Source: the human T2T-CHM13v2.0 reference genome, Homo sapiens. From it: a stretch of 64,000 bases of DNA. Position numbers and translations under genes: made by a program. Location of the stretch: NCBI RefSeq assembly GCF_009914755.1, contig NC_060928.1. The stretch is one strand, 5' to 3'. The notes below the pieces were generated by a model. The model ran no database searches. It had not been told where the DNA came from and saw only the letters and a list, made by a program, of their open reading frames with translations. This document shows, one piece after another, positions 58,716 through 64,000 of the stretch (position 1 is the first letter of the stretch; each line of letters begins with the position of its first letter).

Positions 58716-59251
58716 ATTTTATATGGGATTGTTTGATTTTTTTTCCAGTTACTTTGAATTGCAAAGCATCGGGTGTGGCACTGATGCCTCCGATGGGTGG
58801 GGCTCCCTGTCCTGACTGTGTCATTTTGCCTTTGACCTGACCCGCTGGGGAGAGGCAGTGCCACCTTGGGAAGTATAACAACAAATACTGGAAATAGCAG
58901 GCATAACTGACTGACTTTGGAAAAATGCTTTCTTCTTCTTTCAGAAATAATTTGCTTCCCAAATTCCCATTAAGGGTGAAATGGTCTAGAGAGAAGGAAG
59001 CACTGCTGTCCCCCAGCCCTGCAGTCGGCTGAGCCGGGTGGTCCCCAGGCCCACAGCCAAGTAAGTCAAGGGAGTACCCCGAGGGCTGATCCTACCTGTT
59101 CCCCACCCTGTGGGCCAGGGTGTCCTAGGAAGCCCCCAGCCCTGGCCCACCCCGTCCTGATGGCCGCCTAGGGAGGGACTGGGTCCCCGGAGCAGGGAGG
59201 ACAAGCTGGCCCCAAACACAGCTATGGTGGCTTTCTTTAGAAAAGCTCGAC

Positions 59252-59257
59252 TTTAAT
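59252..59257 (-). terminator. Probable NELFA polyadenylation signal (ATTAAA on - strand)
   Basis: tttaat on + strand, ~580 nt past the NELFA stop codon. Confidence 0.6.
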
Positions 59258-59835
59258 GGTTCAGATAGTTTTACAATGAAAATAGGTACCCAAAGACTGT
59301 CTGTCTTAAATGTCCACAACTATACAAAAGATGAATACAAAACTCCCAGGCAGGCACAGGCAGGGGACAAGGCCCACCGTCTCCCACGCTCTGGTGTGGT
59401 CGGGTGTCCCTGCCGCACCCCCAGTACCACCGTGCCACCTTGGTCCCCTCAACCCTGGGGGTAGGAGGGCACTGCCCCAGCGAGGGAAAATAGAAAAGAT
59501 TTTAAAAAGTAAGAGTCTAACAAACAGGCAGAGCTGTCACTAAAATTAGGAAGTTGTAACTTTTTTGGTTAATTTACTTACTACATTCAAAAATGTAACG
59601 TTGAGTCCAAAAAGTGTCTTAAATCACACAAAAAAGAACCCATATTAAAATTTTAAAAATAAGCCCCAAATACCCCAGAGAAATGCATCCAGAACTTAAA
59701 ACAGGCTGGGTCAGCAGCAGGGCGGCGGCCGGGGGACCTCGGGGGCCAGGTGTCCGCCATCCGGTTACTTTAAGCTGGCAAAGCCATCGTCCCGTGGACC
59801 CCCACAAGTGACGGCCAGCTGTGAGGCAGGTGGTT

Positions 59836-60020
59836 CTAGGACACATTGGTCATGGGCTTGTACTTCTTGAAGCGCGTCCACTGGCCCGTGGCATAGTTCA
59901 TCTCAAACACTGTGTCCACCAGCATGGTTGTGCTACCCTGGCCGTCCGCCTTGGGCAGGTCCTCCGTGTGCTCGCTCAGCTTGATCTGGATCACGTCCCC
60001 CTGCTCCTGGCACGGGTTCT
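59836..60020 (-). CDS. NELFA: NELFA last coding exon
   Basis: tgcag|AG AAC CCG; ENPCQEQGDVIQIKLSEHTEDLPKADGQGSTTMLVDTVFEMNYATGQWTRFKKYKPMTNVS*. Confidence 0.96.
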
Positions 60021-60112
60021 CTGCAGAGAGCAGGAGCTGCTGGGTGGGTGTCTGGGGGCACCCGCCCCCAACCCGGCCCGGTGCACCCCCAGGCCCTGCC
60101 TTATGAACATAC

Positions 60113-60212
60113 CTCGGGAGCCGGCCATGAAGCCCAGGATGAGGGCCTTCTCGGGCCGCGTGACTTTGTTGGCCGTCTTGAACATCTCCTGGGCAGCGAA
60201 CATCTGCTCTCT
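60113..60212 (-). CDS. NELFA: NELFA coding exon
   Basis: tgtag|AGA GAG CAG ATG...CGA G|gtatgt; REQMFAAQEMFKTANKVTRPEKALILGFMAGSR; 100 nt. Confidence 0.96.
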
Positions 60213-60364
60213 CTACAGCGGGGAGAGGGGTGTGGGTGCCAGGGCCCCGCCAGGACCACCTCCTGCATCCCCCTGCAGGCACCGTGGCACCCCCACGCTA
60301 GGGGAGGTGGCCAGGGCCGTACCACCTACCTGGTGGCCTGTGGGCCCTACCAGTGTACACCTAC

Positions 60365-60630
60365 CGTGAGGGACAGGTTCTTCTTAGGCTGCTGCTGAGC
60401 AGGGGCCTGGGTCTGCGGGGCCACCATGGCAACCGGGGGTGTCTGAGTGGTAGGGGCGACAGCCGGAGGTGTGGTGGGTGTCAGAGGCGAGGTGGGCGCC
60501 GCAGGCGTGGGTGTGGCAGGGCTCAGGCCGCTGTTGTACATGGGCGCCCGCTGCTTGAACTGCGCTGGCAACGTGGGGCTCGGGGCGCTGGGCTCCTCTG
60601 GTGGGCGGCTGGCTTCCCGGGAAGATGGGG
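60365..60630 (-). CDS. NELFA: NELFA coding exon, Pro/Thr/Ser-rich disordered region
   Basis: tgcag|CC CCA TCT...CTC ACG|gtaggt; PSSREASRPPEEPSAPSPTLPAQFKQRAPMYNSGLSPATPT...QQQPKKNLSLT; 266 nt. Confidence 0.95.
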
Positions 60631-61324
60631 CTGCAAGTAGACCGGGGCCTGGTGAGGGGGCTGGACCCCCACCCTGTTCCCAAACCCTAGTGCTCCTGGA
60701 GGTGACAGGCTCAGCTCCCCTTCTCTGTCCTGCTACCCTCTGACAAGAACTCCCTGTGGCCCCCAGCCAAGGCACAGGCCCCAGAAGCCCCAGCCAGAGG
60801 AACAAGGCCAGTGGTCTCAGGCCTTTCCAGACTCGCAGATAAGATGTCTGGACTCTGGCCAGCTGCTGGCCTGCAGCAGGTCCCCATACCGTAGGCACTG
60901 CTGGGAAGACAGGAAGGCTGTATCCTCAAGCCCCTTGGGCCCAGGACCTGGCCTGAGGTGCTGTGAGCCTGGCAGTGCCCTCCGTCTGGGAGGGGATGGC
61001 TCTCAGCTCCCCTCCCGCCTACCCAGCAACAAGAGCTGGGTCACCTGGCAGAAAACCCTTTCGAACCCAATCCCCTTCCTGCCGTGTCCCCTGGGGCCGC
61101 TGCCTGTCTGTGCCCAGGACGGGCAGGGTGGGGCAAAGCAGCTGGTTTATGTCTTGGAGCTCAAGCTGAACAGCGGGGCATCTGCCCCCAGCAGATTCTG
61201 GCTGAGGCAGAAGGGGGACAACAGAGATGCAGGAGTGAGAACCGCAGCCCTGGCAGCGCCCGTGGGCAAGGTCATGTCCTGGCAGGCAGCTTGGCTGGTT
61301 CCAGGCTGGGGCCAGCAGACTCAC

Positions 61325-61436
61325 CTGGGGGCGTCTCGGAGCTGGGGATGTAGGAGGAGGCGGGAACCACGCTGGGCGTGGAGGGAAGGTAGCTCGTGGA
61401 GGGCAGCGCAGGCTCATTGTTCAGGGACCCAAGTTT
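61325..61436 (-). CDS. NELFA: NELFA coding exon
   Basis: tccag|AAA CTT GGG...CCA G|gtgagt; KLGSLNNEPALPSTSYLPSTPSVVPASSYIPSSETPP; 112 nt. Confidence 0.95.
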
Positions 61437-62141
61437 CTGGAACACAGAGTTTAAGGTTCCTTCCAGAAGAGGCCATGCTTCCGGCATGTGCTAACACATG
61501 GCCCGACCCGGAGCTCCACTGCCACAGGCTGTGGCCCCCCGAGCTAGAGCAGGAAGGCGGGGGCCACTCTCCCGAGCTCCCTGGGCTAGACAACGGGACC
61601 CCTGGCCCCTGGCGCCCCAGCAGAGTTGGGGACTGAGCCGCTCCTGTGTAGGAGAGGGGAGGGGTTGAGGAGCCCAAACAGCCCATCTTGAGCACAGAAG
61701 GAGCGATGCTTTTTCTTACCACGAAGCGTTGATATAAAGGAAGATGCTCATGTTAAGAAACGCAGAACACGCAGCGGCGGGAAGAAAGGAGCTTATTATC
61801 CTGAAGTGACCCCACAGTGTGGCCTCCTCCAGGCCCTGGCCTCAGACGACCCACTGCAGCCTCTGTGCACCTGCCGCGCCCCGTGGCTGCCTCCCACCCG
61901 CAGGCAGGGCCTGGTCTCCGGGACACTGAGGCCTCTGACCACCCAGCACCCCCACAGGCCTGTCCTGCACCCATTCACGGCCACGTGCAAGGCTTAGGTC
62001 CCACCAGCCCTGCCTGACGGGACACTGAGGCACAGGGTTGAGGAGGACTCCCCTGGCAGCCCCTCCAGCAAGCGTGGGGCAGGTTCCCGCTCCAAGCCTG
62101 AGTCAGATGCCCATGTCAGGGCACGGCCCACACTGCCTCTC

Positions 62142-62203
62142 ATGTACATATACGTATATATACATAAATACAGACTGCACACATATGTACATACATATAT
62201 ATA
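62142..62203. repeat. AT/AC low-complexity tract in a GC-rich NELFA intron
   Basis: atgtacatatacgtatatatacataaataca...catatgtacatacatatatatatt. Confidence 0.8.
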
Positions 62204-62292
62204 TTCTCCGACAGAGCACACTAGTGGCCACAATCGGAACAAAAGGGGCACCCGCAGTGGTGCCAGACATGGGGTGCAGCCCCGAGCCCTAC

Positions 62293-62381
62293 CTGCGTGG
62301 ACACCAGGCCGGCTGCGTAGTCCGGGGTGGCGTTCTCCACCACCGTTTCCTCCTTGGCCGGCTTCTCCACCACCTCCGCAT
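62293..62381 (-). CDS. NELFA: NELFA coding exon
   Basis: cacag|AT GCG GAG...ACG CAG|gtaggg; DAEVVEKPAKEETVVENATPDYAAGLVSTQ; 89 nt. Confidence 0.95.
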
Positions 62382-62630
62382 CTGTGGACAAAACAGGAGT
62401 CCTCGCCAGTGCCCGGGCGCGTCTGCAGTGTCAGCTCAGGGCAGCGGCAGGGAATCAAACAGCTTCCCAGGGGAGGCCACCAAGGAGCGAGGAGAAAAGC
62501 AGGCACCCACCCACGGAGAGCAGCCTCACGGGGCACAGCCCTGCCCGCCGAGCGTGGGCACAACCCACCCCAACTGGGCAGGGCCCGCAGGGACCCCCAT
62601 TGCCGCCGACACGCAGGCCCCAACCCCCAC

Positions 62631-62700
62631 CGAGAGTCTTCCTTCTCCGCTTCGCCTCTCGGCCAGCGCCAACCATATCCAGCTCAGAGATGTCCAGCAG
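62631..62700 (-). CDS. NELFA: NELFA coding exon
   Basis: ggcag|CTG CTG GAC...CTC G|gtgggg; LLDISELDMVGAGREAKRRRKTL; 70 nt. Confidence 0.95.
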
Positions 62701-62788
62701 CTGCCAAGACAAGCACAGCCCTGCCTTAGTGACGGCACCAGGGCGCAACGGGCCCCGGGGTGCCACAGGAGCTGGGGGACGGGCCTAC

Positions 62789-62919
62789 CTTCACACCTCG
62801 TTCCTTCCGCAGCAGCGTCCTGGAAGGCGGGATGGGGGTCCGGTTCCCTGTGGGGCTGAAGACGCTGGGCGCCGTGGGGCTTCTGAAGGGCGCCTGCTTC
62901 GGGATGCCTTTGAGTGGGG
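62789..62919 (-). CDS. NELFA: NELFA coding exon (most 5' exon recognised in the window; gene continues beyond 64000)
   Basis: tccag|CC CCA CTC AAA...GTG AAG|gtaggc; PLKGIPKQAPFRSPTAPSVFSPTGNRTPIPPSRTLLRKERGVK; 131 nt. Confidence 0.94.
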
Positions 62920-62994
62920 CTGGAGGACGGCAACAGTCAGGGCGCCAGCAGCAGTGACCGGCAAACGTCCCCCACCCCGAGCTCAGAACGTCCC
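62901..62994 (-). ncRNA. MIR943: MIR943 annotated hairpin (mature 62920-62940)
   Basis: Minus strand reads GGGACGUUCUGAGCUCGGGGUGGGGGACG...CUGACUGUUGCCGUCCUCCAGCCCCACUCAAAGGCAUCCC, matching my recollection of hsa-mir-943; arms are complementary. Confidence 0.8.
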
Positions 62995-64000
62995 ACCCTC
63001 TTCTAGGCTAGCGCCGCAGAGGGGAAGGGCCAAACCCCTGGCGGGCAGCGGGCAGGACCCCCAGGATCCCGGACCTCAAGGAGCAGGGGAACGCCTGGAG
63101 CCACGACCTCACACTTTGCCAAGACACCAAACAAAGACAGCGGCACCCCAGCCCAGCCACAGGATCTCACCAGGTGGAGTCTCTCACCAGTGTGGCGGGG
63201 GCTGAGCTCTGCCTCCTTCCTGTGCCTCCACCGGCAGGGGCATGAAGCCAGGCGCCTGGGCTTGAGGGCCGCCCTCCCAAGCCTTCTCCCCCTGTCCCCT
63301 GAGGACACTCCTGAGGCCTACCTACGCTGTTACCCACCAGCGCCCACACGCACCCTCCAAGGCGTGCGTGGCTCTCATGGTGCCAGGCCCGGAGAGAGGA
63401 CGCCCGGGGGATGGTGCCATCAGCACACCGGGCCAGGCTGGACACACTGCTCAACGGCTGGCCCACCCTCCCTGGGCCAGCAGGTGCAGCCCTGGCCCTG
63501 GGATGCCTGGTGGGGGTGGAAAGACAAGGGTCTGCTCCAGGCGGGGTAGAGGAGAGCAAGGTGGAACCTCGGCTGCGGTGGGCAGGAACATGACCCAGGG
63601 ACGGCCCCCCACACAGCGACAATAGTCAGCAGACCCAAGATGCCTTCTACTAGGTCCCATGTGAACACTGTGGGATTATGGGAGCCCAAATAAACTAAGC
63701 CAGGCTGGTCTGGGAGCTGCATGGAGAGCGCCTGTAAGGCTGCCCTTTCAGCCCCACCCATCTGCAAGTTTACCCAGCTGTCTCAGCACAGGACGACACC
63801 CGTCCTGCCCTCTGGCCCCCAGGTCACTATCCAGCACCCTCTGGGGTGAGTATGCCCTGCCATGGTTCCCAGGGGCACGCCGTCTTCCTGTGATCAGGGT
63901 GCATCCTGCTTAAGCTCACGCCCAGCCCTGAGAGCACAAATCAGGAAGGGCAGATGGAGGGGTGCGGGGGGCACAGCCCCACGGGCAGCTGAGCACGGTC

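Noticed and set aside
60935-63205. Long + strand ORFs of 195-292 aa
   Set aside because: Antisense to NELFA in very GC-rich, stop-poor DNA; no recognisable domain

Overview
Human (primate) genomic DNA from the 4p16.3 Wolf-Hirschhorn region. The + strand holds the 3' two-thirds of NSD2 (WHSC1/MMSET; H3K36 dimethyltransferase). It has 17 coding exons from the HMG box through PHD1-3, PWWP2, AWS-SET-postSET and PHD/C5HCH to the stop at 55418. These splice into one open frame of 2688 nt (895 aa + stop), matching residues 471-1365 of the known protein. Also on the + strand are the MMSET-I alternative last exon (18857), the intronic H/ACA RNA SCARNA22/ACA11 (51145-51269) and a ~3.3 kb 3'UTR. The - strand holds the last seven coding exons of NELFA (WHSC2), converging tail-to-tail with NSD2, and MIR943 lies across a NELFA splice acceptor. 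Introns are rich in Alu, old L1, MaLR/ERV LTR and MER DNA-transposon remnants. This is a well-studied locus and I see no new gene system. The most interesting unexplained signals are splicing-level: candidate poison microexons, a candidate extra last exon, a GC-AG intron and recursive-splice-like junctions. Apart from the GC-AG intron, these are sequence inferences that need RNA-seq. Repeat boundaries and subfamilies are by-eye estimates.
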